Source of the DNA: an uncultured Alphaproteobacteria bacterium
GTDB lineage: Bacteria; Pseudomonadota; Alphaproteobacteria; Rhizobiales; Rhodomicrobiaceae
Length of the DNA stretch: 64,000 nt
NCBI GenBank assembly: GCA_963829495.1
Contig: CAWHIT010000028.1
Span: 51,080-115,079 of the forward strand
Direction: 5' to 3'
The translations under genes and the position numbers were made by a program. Numbering within the stretch: position 1 is the stretch's first letter; every line of letters begins with the position of its first letter. Of the stretch, positions 31,719 through 42,231 are shown in pieces. The notes beneath the pieces are model-generated. The model saw only the letters and a program-made list of their open reading frames with translations. It was not told the DNA's origin and did no database searches.

Positions 31719-33050
31719 ATGCGCGCTGTAGCCATCTCGTTCCTTGTTCTTGTCTTGATGACATTGTCCTACTCGGCAATGTCGGAGGGTTCGGAGAAGT
31801 GGGTTACGAGCTGGGCTGCATCCGCGCAAGGGCCTTACCCCAGCGGGAACGTGATACTGCAGCCCGATTTGCGCGGCGCCTTTCCTTCCGCTGAGACGGG
31901 AGCGAGAGACCAAAGCTTTCGGCTGATCATCGGACCGGACGTGTGGGGGCACGAGGCTCGTATTCGGCTCTCGAACGCATTCGGGACGAAAGCCGTCACC
32001 TTCGATGGTGTGTTCGCGGGATTGCAGCTCGACAGTTCCGCGATCGTCCCGGGAACCAACCGGCCAGTGACGTTCACAGGTTCGAAAAGCGTCACTGTCC
32101 CCCCGGGGGCAAGCGTTTGGAGCGATCCCGTTGCGCTTCCCTTCGCTGGTGCTATTCCCCGGACACTTCTTCAAGCAAGGAAGCTCGCCGTGAGCTTCCA
32201 TGTCGCCGGCGAGAGCGGCCCGATGACATGGCACGCAAAAGGGCTTTCGACCTCCTACGTCACAGAGCCAGGCTCCGGCTCTCAGGGGATGAACGAAGAC
32301 GAAGCCGCTTTCCCCTATAGCACCACATCCTGGTTCTTCGTCGACGCTGTCGACATGAGAGTTCCGGTTGACACTCAGGTCATCGTCGCACTCGGCAACT
32401 CGATCACGGACGGCACCGGCTCGACCTTGAATGGGAACGATCGCTGGGTCGATGTGCTCTCGCGCCGGCTCCATGCGAAGCTCGGGGACAAATTCTCGGT
32501 GGTGAATGCGGGCATCGGCGGCAACCTGATCGCCGGGCCGCCGCAATACAGCATGGAAAAGCCCTATCCCGGCGGTCCGGCGGCGGTTCAGAGGCTGGAG
32601 CGGGACGTGATTAGCCTCTCTGGCGTTACGGCGGTGATCTGGTTTGAAGGCATCAATGACTTCAGCAAAAACGGCAATGCCAGCGTGGAGTCTATTGTAT
32701 CTGCGTTGCAGGAGGGTGTTGCCACGCTCCACCAGCGTATTCCGGGCGTGCGCGTGGTCGGCGCAACGCTAACGACAGCGCTTGGCAACGTCGGCCCTGC
32801 CCATGGCTTTGCCGAACAGGACATGAAGCGTCAGGCGTTGAACAACGTCATCCGAGGGGGAAGCTTGTTCGACGGCGTGATCGATTTCGATAGGGCCACC
32901 GTCAGTGACGAGACAGGGGAAATGAGGGCCGAGTTCGTGCCTGACAGCACGACAGGCGGTCTCGGCGACAAGCTTCACCCGAACCGGCTAGGTTATCTCG
33001 CCATGGGGCTCGCGGTCGACCTCAGCCTGTTCGGACTGCCGCCTTCTTAA
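31719..33050 (+). CDS. secreted SGNH/GDSL hydrolase
   Basis: Signal peptide, LGNSITDG, NAGIGGN, EGIND, DKLHPN. Confidence 0.88.
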   Translation: MRAVAISFLVLVLMTLSYSAMSEGSEKWVTSWAASAQGPYPSGNVILQPDLRGAFPSAETGARDQSFRLIIGPDVWGHEARIRLSNAFGTKAVTFDGVFAGLQLDSSAIVPGTNRPVTFTGSKSVTVPPGASVWSDPVALPFAGAIPRTLLQARKLAVSFHVAGESGPMTWHAKGLSTSYVTEPGSGSQGMNEDEAAFPYSTTSWFFVDAVDMRVPVDTQVIVALGNSITDGTGSTLNGNDRWVDVLSRRLHAKLGDKFSVVNAGIGGNLIAGPPQYSMEKPYPGGPAAVQRLERDVISLSGVTAVIWFEGINDFSKNGNASVESIVSALQEGVATLHQRIPGVRVVGATLTTALGNVGPAHGFAEQDMKRQALNNVIRGGSLFDGVIDFDRATVSDETGEMRAEFVPDSTTGGLGDKLHPNRLGYLAMGLAVDLSLFGLPPS

Positions 33051-33755
33051 GCATCGTGCGTTTAACCGGACGCGGGCGATGGTCCATTTTGTGTGGCATC
33101 CTGCAAATGGCGGCATGTGGTTTGTCAACTTGTCCCTGACGCTTGTCTCAGCATTCCTTCTTCTGAAAGATCTTCAGCGAAAGCGCCTTGATGCGAGGTT
33201 AACGTAGCTTAAGCCATTGATAAATATGGATAAATGACAGAACGGGACGCCATCGCCGCTGCCTGCGCCGTGCAGTTCCGGCCTTCGCAAGCGTTAATTC
33301 GCGATGTTGAAACGTATTTAACGGACTTTTGCGCGTCCCAGTAAATGGAAAAATTCCGGCATTAGATTTTATTTAATGGGTAACTTGTTAACAATAAAAA
33401 CCATAGCAATTTCAATGACTTATAGTAGCATCCCTTTGTCCGGCCGTAGGCGCGGCATTTCTCCATTTCGCGCCGCATAAAGAGTTCATTTACCAACACA
33501 CGGTGAGAAGTAATTCCGGCGCGCTTCTGTTAACCACATAAGTATGAAGGCTCGCCGCAGAGAACGAAATGTTTACTAAAGCGCGCGTGGGCGAGCGTCG
33601 TCCACGATGGCGATGGCCGGTTTGGTGATGGCTCCCTAACGCAGCCCGCCTCGCGGGCGTCGCCATGATCGCCACCCGAAATGCACCGCGGCACAGTCTC
33701 AGCCGTTAAGAAAAATTGCGTCGCAACCGGTTCCGATTTGGCGCACGCTGGGCTA
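33049..33755. repeat. long intergenic repeat element, copy 3
   Basis: Colinear with 2061-2727 (AGCATCGTGCGTTTAACCGGACGCGGGCG ... CAACCGGTTCCGATTTGGCGCACGCTGGGCTA), with about 38 extra bp near 33118-33160; between convergent genes. Confidence 0.9.
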
Positions 33756-33761
33756 ATCTCT

Positions 33762-34475
33762 TCAATCGGGCGGGCGCAAAGCTGCGCCGAGCCTCCCGGC
33801 TATCGTCGCGCACAGGATCGCGGTCTTGGCTGCCTGGATGGCCACTTTCGAGGCTACCAGATTTGCTTCGGATTGCAGGATGATGCCATCGCTCAGGATG
33901 CGGAGCCCGTTGGCCTGAAGAGTCGCGCCCGTCGAGGTGATGTCCACAATGCCCTCGGCCACGCCCGCCGCTGGCGCGCCTTCGGTGGCTCCAAGGCTTT
34001 CGACGGTGCGATAGTGAACGACACCCTTTGATGCGAAAAAGCGGCGCGTCAGATTTGGGTACTTCGTCGCGATCCTGAGCCGCCTGCCGTGCTCGGCGGC
34101 GAAAAGAGCGCCAGCCTCCTCCAGATCGGCCATCGTCTCGACATCGAGCCAGCCGTCGGGAATGGCGACAATGACATTGGCATGGCCGAAGCCGAGCTTC
34201 AGGAGACAGGACACTCTCTCGTCGGCGTCCGGGATCTGCTCGCGGATCAGGTCTTCGCCCGTCACGCCGAGGTGAATGCGGCCAGACTGAAGATGACGCG
34301 CGATCTCGCCCGCCGATAGAAACTCAACCGCCGCCTCCGGTACGCCTTCCATCGCGCCGCGATAGCCGCGCTCGTCGCCCGTCTTCTCGATGGCAAGGCC
34401 AGCCGCCCGGAAGATTTCGAGAGTGTCCTCCATAAGGCGTCCTTTGGAGGGCACGCCGACGATCACTCTATCCAT
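33762..34475 (-). CDS. hisG: ATP phosphoribosyltransferase, short form
   Basis: [42 protein letters not shown]. Confidence 0.95.
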   Translation of the reverse strand: MDRVIVGVPSKGRLMEDTLEIFRAAGLAIEKTGDERGYRGAMEGVPEAAVEFLSAGEIARHLQSGRIHLGVTGEDLIREQIPDADERVSCLLKLGFGHANVIVAIPDGWLDVETMADLEEAGALFAAEHGRRLRIATKYPNLTRRFFASKGVVHYRTVESLGATEGAPAAGVAEGIVDITSTGATLQANGLRILSDGIILQSEANLVASKVAIQAAKTAILCATIAGRLGAALRPPD

Positions 34476-34478
34476 GCG

Positions 34479-35609
34479 TCACCTTTGTGAGGCAGCGAGA
34501 AGCCGCTCGGTGTGAAGGGCTGCGCCCACGGCAGGAACGTGATGCACGCCTTGTGAAAGCGCACCGATCAGCCCGTCATAGCGCCCACCGCCCGCGATCT
34601 CCCCGGCCACGCCCGCGCCTTCGATCTCGATCTGGAAAACCATGCCGGTGTAATACTCGAAATGGCGTCCGAAATCGGCCTCGAAGACAATTGGCGCCGT
34701 GCCGGCCAGGGCTTTCAGTCCGTAAAAGATTGCCCGTGCTTCCTCAAGTGTATCCCCGAGGTCCACGTTCGCCTGACGCGTCAGCGTTTCGATGGCTCGC
34801 AGAGCGGGAGCGACCTCGCCGCGCGTCTGAAGGTAGTCTTCGATGAGCCGGATCACCTCCGGCGCGAGCGGCGGTTCTTTCGCATCGGCAGCCTTGTCCT
34901 GCAAGCGCTGGACAATCTCCGCGGGGCGTCGCAGGCCGACAAGCTGGATGCCGCGGGCGTCCAGATGCTTAAGAAAACCGCCTTCGGTCAGGGCCTCGGC
35001 GGGCACGGGCGGCAGCCCATTCTCTTTCGTGCGAGAGAGTGTCGCGAGTTCATGTGCGAAAGTGGCATTCCGCCAGTACGCACGCTTCAGCCTTTCGCGC
35101 CATCTAGGCGGGATGCTCAGACCATCGAGAAGCGCCCTGAACAGGCCGAGATGGCCGGTCTTCACGGTGAAAGACTTTACTCCGCCTTCGCGCACCGCTT
35201 CGATTGTGAGCGCCAGCACTTCGAGATCGGCGCTTGGGTCGCTTGAGCCGAAATATTCGATGCCAGCCTGGCGAAACTCCCGGGGCCGTAGCGGGTCGGG
35301 CTTCTCCTGGACCCGGAAGGCAGGACCGTTATAGCAGAATTTCGCGGCGCTTTCCGGCGCGCCGCGCTCCAGGAAAACGCGGCAGACCGGAATCGTCAGG
35401 TCGGGGCGCAGGCATAATTCTTCGCCGTTGGGATCGGTGAAGACATAGGTGCGCGCGCGCAGCGTTTCTCCGATGCGGTCGAGGAAGAGGCTCGCAGGCT
35501 GAATGAAAGATGGAGCCACGCGCTCGTAGCCCTTCGAGGTGAAGAGCGACATCAAACTCGCCGCCTGGGCCTCAAGGGCCTCGTACTCCTTTGCGCCTTC
35601 CGCCGTCAC
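34479..35609 (-). CDS. hisZ: ATP phosphoribosyltransferase regulatory subunit
   Basis: [35 protein letters not shown]; GTG start overlaps hisS stop; lies between hisS and hisG. Confidence 0.92.
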   Translation of the reverse strand: MTAEGAKEYEALEAQAASLMSLFTSKGYERVAPSFIQPASLFLDRIGETLRARTYVFTDPNGEELCLRPDLTIPVCRVFLERGAPESAAKFCYNGPAFRVQEKPDPLRPREFRQAGIEYFGSSDPSADLEVLALTIEAVREGGVKSFTVKTGHLGLFRALLDGLSIPPRWRERLKRAYWRNATFAHELATLSRTKENGLPPVPAEALTEGGFLKHLDARGIQLVGLRRPAEIVQRLQDKAADAKEPPLAPEVIRLIEDYLQTRGEVAPALRAIETLTRQANVDLGDTLEEARAIFYGLKALAGTAPIVFEADFGRHFEYYTGMVFQIEIEGAGVAGEIAGGGRYDGLIGALSQGVHHVPAVGAALHTERLLAASQR

Positions 35610-37033
35610 GCCTCTTGTTGCTCCTTGAGCAGCCGCTTCACGGCCTCGACCATCTCGTTCGCCGGCACCGCGAATTGCGCCGGGCGGGCATTGCGCCATT
35701 CCTCGCGTTCGGCAATCTCGCCGGAGAGACGGGCGCCTTCCTGAAGATTCTTGATGGTGACCTCGCCCCGCGCGCGCTCATCCTCTCCCTGGATGATGAC
35801 ACACGGGCTGCCGCGCTTGTCGGCGTACTTCATCTGCGCCTTCATGCCGGCGTCGCCGACGTACATCTCGGCGCGAATACCTGCATTGCGCAAATCGCGC
35901 GTCATCTTCTGGTAATCGCCCGCGCGAGCCTTATCCATGACAAGCACCACGACAGGCGCTTGCGACACGGCGTTGCCCTTCAGCTTGCCGAGATGGGTCA
36001 GCGCCGCATAAAGCCGTGAGACGCCAATCGAGAAACCGGTGGCGGGCACAGGCTGCGAGCGGAAGCGCGAAACCAGCCCGTCGTAACGCCCGCCGCCGCC
36101 CACCGAGCCAAACCGCACCGCCTGCCCATTCTCATCCGTGGCCGGGAAGGTAAGGTCCGCTTCCACGACGGGGCCGGTATAATATTCAAGCCCTCGAACA
36201 ACCGTTGCGTCGAAGCGGATGCGATCGTCGCCATAGCCGGCGTCGCGCACAAGGCCGATAATTGCCCCCACGGTTGCGTCCGCGGGCACCTCATCGCCTG
36301 AAAGCAGAGAGAGGATGGCGTTCGCCTGCTGGGAAGACAGCTCCGCCCCGGGTGTGAAGTCGCCGCTCTCGTCCTTGCGGCCCTTGCCCAGCAGCTCCGC
36401 CACGCCCTGGAGTCCGAGCCTGTCGAACTTATCCACAGCCCTGAGCACAACGAGCCGCTGCCGGCCGTCTGTAATGCCTGTGCTGTCCAGGAGAGTGTCG
36501 AGAAGCGTGCGGCTGGAGACCTTGATGCCATAACCGCCGCGCGGGATGCCGAGCGCCTCAAGCGTATCAGCGGCCAGCATGCACATCTCGGCGTCGGCAG
36601 CGGGGTTCGCTGTGCCGACGGTGTCGGCGTCGAATTGCATGAATTGGCGGAAACGGCCCGGCCCTGGCTTTTCGTTGCGGTAGACGTAGCCGGACTGATA
36701 GCGCCTGAACGGTTTCGGCAGCGCATCGAAGTTCTGCGAGACATAACGGGCAAGCGGCGCCGTCAAGTCATAGCGTAGCGAAACCCACTGCTCGTCCTCG
36801 TCCTGGAACGAAAACACGCCTTCATTCGGGCGGTCCGTGTCGGGCAGGAACTTGCCGAGCGCGTCGGTATATTCAAATGCGGGCGTATCGAGCGGCTCAA
36901 ACCCGTACCGCTCGTACACTTCACTAATTTTGCTCAGCATTTGCTGCTGGGCGCGGAGTTCCTGCGCTTCGACGTCGCGCAAGCCTTTAGGGAGGCGCGC
37001 CTTGACCTGATTGCGGTTCTTCTTTTCGCTCAT
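35606..37033 (-). CDS. hisS: histidyl-tRNA synthetase
   Basis: [45 protein letters not shown], anticodon-binding domain. Confidence 0.96.
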   Translation of the reverse strand: MSEKKNRNQVKARLPKGLRDVEAQELRAQQQMLSKISEVYERYGFEPLDTPAFEYTDALGKFLPDTDRPNEGVFSFQDEDEQWVSLRYDLTAPLARYVSQNFDALPKPFRRYQSGYVYRNEKPGPGRFRQFMQFDADTVGTANPAADAEMCMLAADTLEALGIPRGGYGIKVSSRTLLDTLLDSTGITDGRQRLVVLRAVDKFDRLGLQGVAELLGKGRKDESGDFTPGAELSSQQANAILSLLSGDEVPADATVGAIIGLVRDAGYGDDRIRFDATVVRGLEYYTGPVVEADLTFPATDENGQAVRFGSVGGGGRYDGLVSRFRSQPVPATGFSIGVSRLYAALTHLGKLKGNAVSQAPVVVLVMDKARAGDYQKMTRDLRNAGIRAEMYVGDAGMKAQMKYADKRGSPCVIIQGEDERARGEVTIKNLQEGARLSGEIAEREEWRNARPAQFAVPANEMVEAVKRLLKEQQEA

Positions 37034-37187
37034 GCGGGAAGAAATGCAGAGGTGCGCGCCTTAACGCAACAGATTTATTGAAGCAATCATCCGAAGCCTG
37101 GCTCAGCGGCTATACGCGACAAACCTTACACACCGGATATTACCCGGCGGAGCCGCTGCCAGCTTTGTTCGGAAGGGGGAGGGTGGC

Positions 37188-37367
37188 CTAAGCCACGTGT
37201 CGCTCAGCTTTGAGCTTTTCGATCTTCTCTTTGAGGCGAAGCTTTTTACGCTTGAGTTCCGAGACTTTTAGACTATCGACGAGCGGGTGGCTCATCTCTT
37301 CTTCAATTTGGCGTTGTAGGGATTGGTGCTTCTCAGTCAGTTCCTCTATATGCGCAAAAAGGCTCAT
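37188..37367 (-). CDS. DUF465 (YdcH-like) small coiled-coil protein, 59 aa, absent from the ORF track
   Basis: MSLFAHIEELTEKHQSLQRQIEEEMSHPLVDSLKVSELKRKKLRLKEKIEKLKAERHVA*; AGGAGG RBS upstream. Confidence 0.88.
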   Translation of the reverse strand: MSLFAHIEELTEKHQSLQRQIEEEMSHPLVDSLKVSELKRKKLRLKEKIEKLKAERHVA

Positions 37368-37645
37368 TTCATCGGCCTCCTACTTCTGTTTAGCACTCTA
37401 TCGCACCTCTATATTATGGCAAAACGATGACGAAAATAAGCCCAAAAAAGGGCTAGGTTGCAGAAGTGACCTAAAGCAACTATTCGGATTTTCTAAATTT
37501 GGTTGAGCTATCAACGAACTGCCCTGCGTCAAACTGCCCCGCCTCCCCTTCGAGAGTATCGCGAGGGGCCATCGGCGAAGCTTTCGCCCGCTTTCCAAGG
37601 CCGCGCCCTCTTTACTTTGGCCGCTCTCTGGCGAAAGGTGCCCCC

Positions 37646-38626
37646 ATGACCATCGAAAAACGCTCCGTTCGGGCGGACGATGACGGCCTCCGTCTCGACC
37701 GCTGGCTCAAGAAATATTATCCGTCGCTGCCCCATGCGCTGGTGCAGAAGCTCGTCCGCACCGGGCAGGTGCGCATCGATGGCGGGCGTGCGAAGGCGGA
37801 GGCCCGGCTTTGTACCGGGCAGGAAATCCGTGTCCCGGCGCATTATGCGGCGCCCCAGGCCGAGCCTGTGCCTTCCCTGAGGCCTCCGCCGGGCCTATCG
37901 AAGGCCGACCGCGATTTTATCGAGCGCATGATCGTCTTCGAGACCGACGATATCGTAATCCTGAACAAACCGTTCGGGATCGCCGTGCAGGGCGGCACGA
38001 AGACGGCGCGCCACATCGATGGCTTGCTGGCCGGGATGGCGGACCGCTTTGGCGGAGAGCGCCCGCGCCTTGTGCACCGGCTCGACCGGGACACCACCGG
38101 TATCCTGGTCGTCGCAAAGGATCGTCAGACGGCCGCGCGGCTTGGCAGGCTGTTTCAGACGCGTTCGGTGCAGAAGATATATTGGGCGGTGACGCAGGGC
38201 ATCCCCAAGCCGCCGCAGGGCAAGGTCGAAGCCGCGCTCGTGAAGGCGGCGGGCCCGGAGGGCGACCGCGTGCGCAAAGCGAAGCCCGGGGAGCAGGAGC
38301 TCGCCCAGCACGCCACCACCCATTATTCGGTCATCGACCGGTCCGGCAAATTCGCGTGGGTTTCATTGAAGCCGGTTACGGGGCGGCAGCATCAGCTCCG
38401 GGCGCATATGGACATTCTCGGCACGCCGATCCTGGCCGATCAAAAATATGGTGATGTTGCCGATTTGCCGATGGACGGTATCGAGCGAAAGCTTCATCTT
38501 CACGCAAGGCGTCTCACCTTGAAAGATGCCAAATTGGGGGAAATCGACGTTTCGGTGCCGCTTCCGCAGCACATGGCGAAAACTTTTGAACTGCTGGGCT
38601 TCGATCCGCAGCGGTACGGCGAATAA
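37646..38626 (+). CDS. RluA/RluC-family pseudouridine synthase
   Basis: S4 domain RLDRWL, NKPFGIAVQGG, HRLDRDTTG, TGRQHQLRAH. Confidence 0.93.
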   Translation: MTIEKRSVRADDDGLRLDRWLKKYYPSLPHALVQKLVRTGQVRIDGGRAKAEARLCTGQEIRVPAHYAAPQAEPVPSLRPPPGLSKADRDFIERMIVFETDDIVILNKPFGIAVQGGTKTARHIDGLLAGMADRFGGERPRLVHRLDRDTTGILVVAKDRQTAARLGRLFQTRSVQKIYWAVTQGIPKPPQGKVEAALVKAAGPEGDRVRKAKPGEQELAQHATTHYSVIDRSGKFAWVSLKPVTGRQHQLRAHMDILGTPILADQKYGDVADLPMDGIERKLHLHARRLTLKDAKLGEIDVSVPLPQHMAKTFELLGFDPQRYGE

Positions 38627-38756
38627 TTTCGGAATCCCTCATAGTCTATAGTTTGAATTCATTCGGGATTAGCCCGGTATAAGATATATCGTGCATGGCA
38701 AGGGCATGCGATGGAAGGTTCGGGCGCCAGAGCTGAACCTTTGCGGTGGAGCAAGA

Positions 38757-39458
38757 ATGGCCTCGACACCAATCCTTATAGTTTTCGACTGCGATGGTAC
38801 GCTTGTCGACAGTCAGTATATTATTACTGAAGCTATGTGTTTTTCTTTTCGGAACGCCGGTCTTGCTGAGCCAGCGCGCAGCCGGATCGTTCGCACAGTC
38901 GGCCTTTCCTTGGGCGAGGCAATGGCTGATCTGGCTCCGGACCAATGCCAATCCGTACGAGACGACCTTGTGCAGTCCTACCGCGATCGGTGCATGGCCT
39001 TGCGCCAGGGCGGCAACGCGAGGGAACCCATGTTCGCGGGCGCTGCCTCGCTTCTGCTGAGCCTCGCCAAGCGAGACGACACGGTTCTCGGCATCGCCAC
39101 GGGAAAATCGCGGCGCGGGATGATGCGCTTCATCGAACAGTACGAATTAGAGGGGGTTTTCGCCACCATACAAACCGCCGACGACGGGCCATCCAAGCCG
39201 CATCCGGCGATGCTGTATCAGGCCATGGAGGAAACAGGCATTTCGCCCGACGCGACGGTCATGATCGGGGACACCTCCTACGACATGCTTATGGCCGCGT
39301 CTGCGAAGGCTGCCGGTGTCGGCGTCACCTGGGGATACCATACGCAGGGGGAGTTGCAGCGCGCGGGCGCAAGATTGACGGTGGGCAGTTTTCCGGAACT
39401 GGCTCTGGCGATTGAGGGCAGGGGGATGTTCGCGCCGAATTTCGAAGCGGTGGCTTGA
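38757..39458 (+). CDS. HAD-IA family hydrolase
   Basis: FDCDGTLVDS, ATGKS, SKPHP, MIGDT motifs. Confidence 0.9.
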   Translation: MASTPILIVFDCDGTLVDSQYIITEAMCFSFRNAGLAEPARSRIVRTVGLSLGEAMADLAPDQCQSVRDDLVQSYRDRCMALRQGGNAREPMFAGAASLLLSLAKRDDTVLGIATGKSRRGMMRFIEQYELEGVFATIQTADDGPSKPHPAMLYQAMEETGISPDATVMIGDTSYDMLMAASAKAAGVGVTWGYHTQGELQRAGARLTVGSFPELALAIEGRGMFAPNFEAVA

Positions 39459-39571
39459 TCCGCGTCAGCCGGGGTAGGGCGCGCTATGGCGTTGTCGCGT
39501 GGAGTACCTTCGCTTGCACACGCCGTTATTGTTGACAGCCTGGCGGGCAGCCTCTTACATAGGCGGACTCT

Positions 39572-39646
39572 GGACACGTAGCTCAGCGGTAGAGCATTCG
39601 CTTCACACGCGAAGGGTCACAGGTTCGATCCCTGTCGTGTCCACCA
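39572..39646 (+). tRNA. tRNA-Val (CAC)
   Basis: Acceptor stem GGACACG/CGTGTCC, D-arm GCTCAGCGGTAGAGC, anticodon stem TTCGC/GCGAA with CAC, T-loop GTTCGATC, encoded CCA. Confidence 0.96.
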
Positions 39647-39660
39647 TTCCTCCCAGGACC

Positions 39661-39692
39661 AAAAAGGAAACGGCGCCCGAAGGCGCCGCCCC
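39661..39692 (-). terminator. intrinsic terminator after the omp gene
   Basis: Minus strand reads GGCGCC-TTCG-GGCGCC then GTTTCCTTTTT. Confidence 0.7.
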
Positions 39693-39713
39693 GTAGACCG
39701 GTGTGGGTACGGT

Positions 39714-40466
39714 CTACTTCAGAGGCTCGTATCCGCCGCCGCCGAAGCGGTAGTTCAGACCTACGCGGGCGGTTTGGAAATTGGTGTCTAGCGGGTTGGT
39801 TGCGTTTCCGAGGCTGTCGGTAAGCCTTTCGCTGCCAAGATCGATATACTGATATTCTGCCTTCATCGACCACGCCGGATTGAACTTGTATTCGATACCG
39901 CCGCCGACGGTGTAACCTGTCTGCGTAGTGCTACTTGCGAAAACATCGCCGTTGTTGAAATTGCTGCGCTGATTGACGTTGCCGTAAGCGAAACCGCCGG
40001 TGCCATAGACAAGCGTGTTGCCGAAGGCAAGACCGAGCCTCCCGCGCACCGTGCCGAACCAATCAATGCTCTGCTGGCTGGTGAAGTCGTTGCCGTTCAC
40101 AACGCTGGTACCCGTCACGGAGTTGCTGATGCCGGCGCCCTGGAAGTCGGTTTCAAAGCCAAAAACGAAGGAGCCGGTCTGGAGGTTGTAGCCAACCTGG
40201 CCGCCGCCAAAGCCGCCCTGTGGCTGTGCCCGTGCCCATTGGTCCGAGCCATCGGATAAGGCTATGGTATCGCCGCCGCCGCCCCAGCCATATCCTCCGT
40301 TGACGCCGACATAGAACCCAGTCCAGGTATTTGTCACGATAGGCGGCACGTAGCTCACAGGCGGCGGTGGCGGAGCGCGATAAAGATCGGCGGCATCTGC
40401 TCCGCCGGCGGCACCGAGTGAAACCAAACATGCGAGCCCAAAACATCTGATGTACATCCTAAGCAT
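39714..40466 (-). CDS. Omp25/Omp31/RopB-family outer-membrane beta-barrel protein
   Basis: Signal peptide, AADL, WTGFYVGVNGGYG, WFGTVRGRLG, YGTGGFAYG, RVGLNYRF. Confidence 0.9.
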   Translation of the reverse strand: MLRMYIRCFGLACLVSLGAAGGADAADLYRAPPPPPVSYVPPIVTNTWTGFYVGVNGGYGWGGGGDTIALSDGSDQWARAQPQGGFGGGQVGYNLQTGSFVFGFETDFQGAGISNSVTGTSVVNGNDFTSQQSIDWFGTVRGRLGLAFGNTLVYGTGGFAYGNVNQRSNFNNGDVFASSTTQTGYTVGGGIEYKFNPAWSMKAEYQYIDLGSERLTDSLGNATNPLDTNFQTARVGLNYRFGGGGYEPLK

Positions 40467-41023
40467 CCCCCTCTTTTGGACGCAACACCGACAAATTTGC
40501 CGCAGTGTTGCATTGCTATCGGAAACTCTTTACTGGCAACGAAGTCAACAGAACGAGTTGGGCGACGGCAAGGCAATTAAGCGTCTTTTTCCGGCTGATT
40601 GACTCATGCATTCCTGATATTCTGTCTATATTATTAATCTAACTCTTTTATAAACTTGTATAATCGTTTTACATGCAACACTGATCAGACACAAATTCAT
40701 ACATTTTGGGCGGGTTTGTGGGCCAGCATTCCCGTTCGTCAGGAAGTCGTAAATCAAAGTCTAACGGTTTAATGTGCTGCGTAGGCATGGGAATAATATT
40801 TGATGGAATCTAAGCTCGGGTGTTTCAACTGAGGACGCCACAGCAAACGAAAAAGCCGTGCGTATCTTTCTAATGCCGCAAACATCGACTCAGTTTTGAC
40901 GAAGTCAAACTTTACTCGTGAGCAGGGCCGCGATTCGAGACTACCTGGGTGCCTGAAGCTTTCCATGCTGCAAATCCGGCCAGTTGTCCTGGCGTCGTTG
41001 TGCAACTAACGGGGATTAAAGAT

Positions 41024-42112
41024 ATGCGGATAAGCACGTTAATCGTGGCCTTGTTTGCCCTGCTTGGCTTGGGGGGGGCGGTCGAGAAGGCTAATGCGCA
41101 ACTCGTCGTTTCGATAGGCATCGCTCCTCCGATGTTGCCCGTCTACACCCAACCTGCCATCCCTGGACCCGGATACATCTGGACGCCAGGTTACTGGGCA
41201 TGGAACGATGATGCTTCAGACTATTATTGGGTACCGGGAGCGTGGGTCTTCGCGCCGCGTCCGGGTCTGTTGTGGACTCCTGGATATTGGGGCTGGAGCG
41301 GCGGTTCGTACGCTTGGAATGCCGGCTACTGGGGCCCCACCGTTGGCTTTTACGGGGGCGTATCCTATGGATTCGGCTACACAGGTGTAGGATTTGCGGG
41401 AGGATACTGGTCCGGCGGATCGTTCTACTATAACCGGTCCGTTACGAATATCAGTAACACGACAGTCATCAATAACGTCTACAACCAGCAGGTTGTAAAC
41501 AACCACGTGACCAATGTGAGCTATAATGGTGGTAATGGCGGGATAAAGGCTCAGCCCACCCAGAAGGAACTCCAGGCTGCGAAGGAACAGCATATCGCGC
41601 CTACGAATGATCAGTTCGAACATCAAAAAATGGCCAGCGAGAATAAGAGTCTGCGCGCCTCGGTGAACAACGGCAAGCCCCCGGTCGCTGCGGTTACAAA
41701 GGCAGCCGATTTTAGTCCGCATAACGTCGTTGCGGCGAAAGGAGCGGGGGGGGCAGTCAAGCCGGCCTCATTCACGACGACCGGCAACGGCCAGAATGTG
41801 CACCACACCGGCAACGGCCTGAATGCTCACCAGGGGAACCAGGCTGGAACTGGAAATGCAAGCAATGGAGCGAACAAGAACGCCATTGCGAACCTGAATG
41901 CCGGTTCGAACGACAAGCATAAAAATCTGGGATCCAACCACACGAACGGGGCTGCGGCCGTTACAAACGGTGCTTTTACCAACGGCGCGGCGAACGCTAA
42001 GAAGCTTGGCGGGCCTGCCCCACACGCCCAGCCTCACCCAGGCGCTCCTAAGCCGGCGGCGCACATGCAGCCACATCCTGCTGGCCCGAAGAAGGACCAA
42101 CATCACAGCTAG
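41024..42112 (+). CDS. secreted YXWGXW-repeat protein with low-complexity tail
   Basis: Signal peptide, then GYIWTPGYWAW, YYWVPGAW, LLWTPGYWGW, YAWNAGYWG repeats; N/G-rich and P/H-rich C-terminus. Confidence 0.85.
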   Translation: MRISTLIVALFALLGLGGAVEKANAQLVVSIGIAPPMLPVYTQPAIPGPGYIWTPGYWAWNDDASDYYWVPGAWVFAPRPGLLWTPGYWGWSGGSYAWNAGYWGPTVGFYGGVSYGFGYTGVGFAGGYWSGGSFYYNRSVTNISNTTVINNVYNQQVVNNHVTNVSYNGGNGGIKAQPTQKELQAAKEQHIAPTNDQFEHQKMASENKSLRASVNNGKPPVAAVTKAADFSPHNVVAAKGAGGAVKPASFTTTGNGQNVHHTGNGLNAHQGNQAGTGNASNGANKNAIANLNAGSNDKHKNLGSNHTNGAAAVTNGAFTNGAANAKKLGGPAPHAQPHPGAPKPAAHMQPHPAGPKKDQHHS

Positions 42113-42134
42113 CACGCAGCATAATTAAACAGGG

Positions 42135-42162
42135 AAGCGGCTGAGTTTCGGCCGCTTTTTTT
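42135..42162 (+). terminator. intrinsic terminator
   Basis: AAGCGGCTGA-GTT-TCGGCCGCTT stem followed by a T-run. Confidence 0.8.
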
Positions 42163-42231
42163 ATGGCGAGCTCGACGCGATCTCCCGGAGCACGGCATGC
42201 GTAAACGCGCCGTAAAGATGCGCGCTCTATG

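Noticed and set aside
33762-37033. Two adjacent HisRS-like genes
   Set aside because: The ordinary hisS-hisZ-hisG(short) arrangement of Rhizobiales.
39572-39720. tRNA-Val as an integration site for a prophage or ICE
   Set aside because: No integrase, phage genes or duplicated tRNA 3' end were seen in the window.
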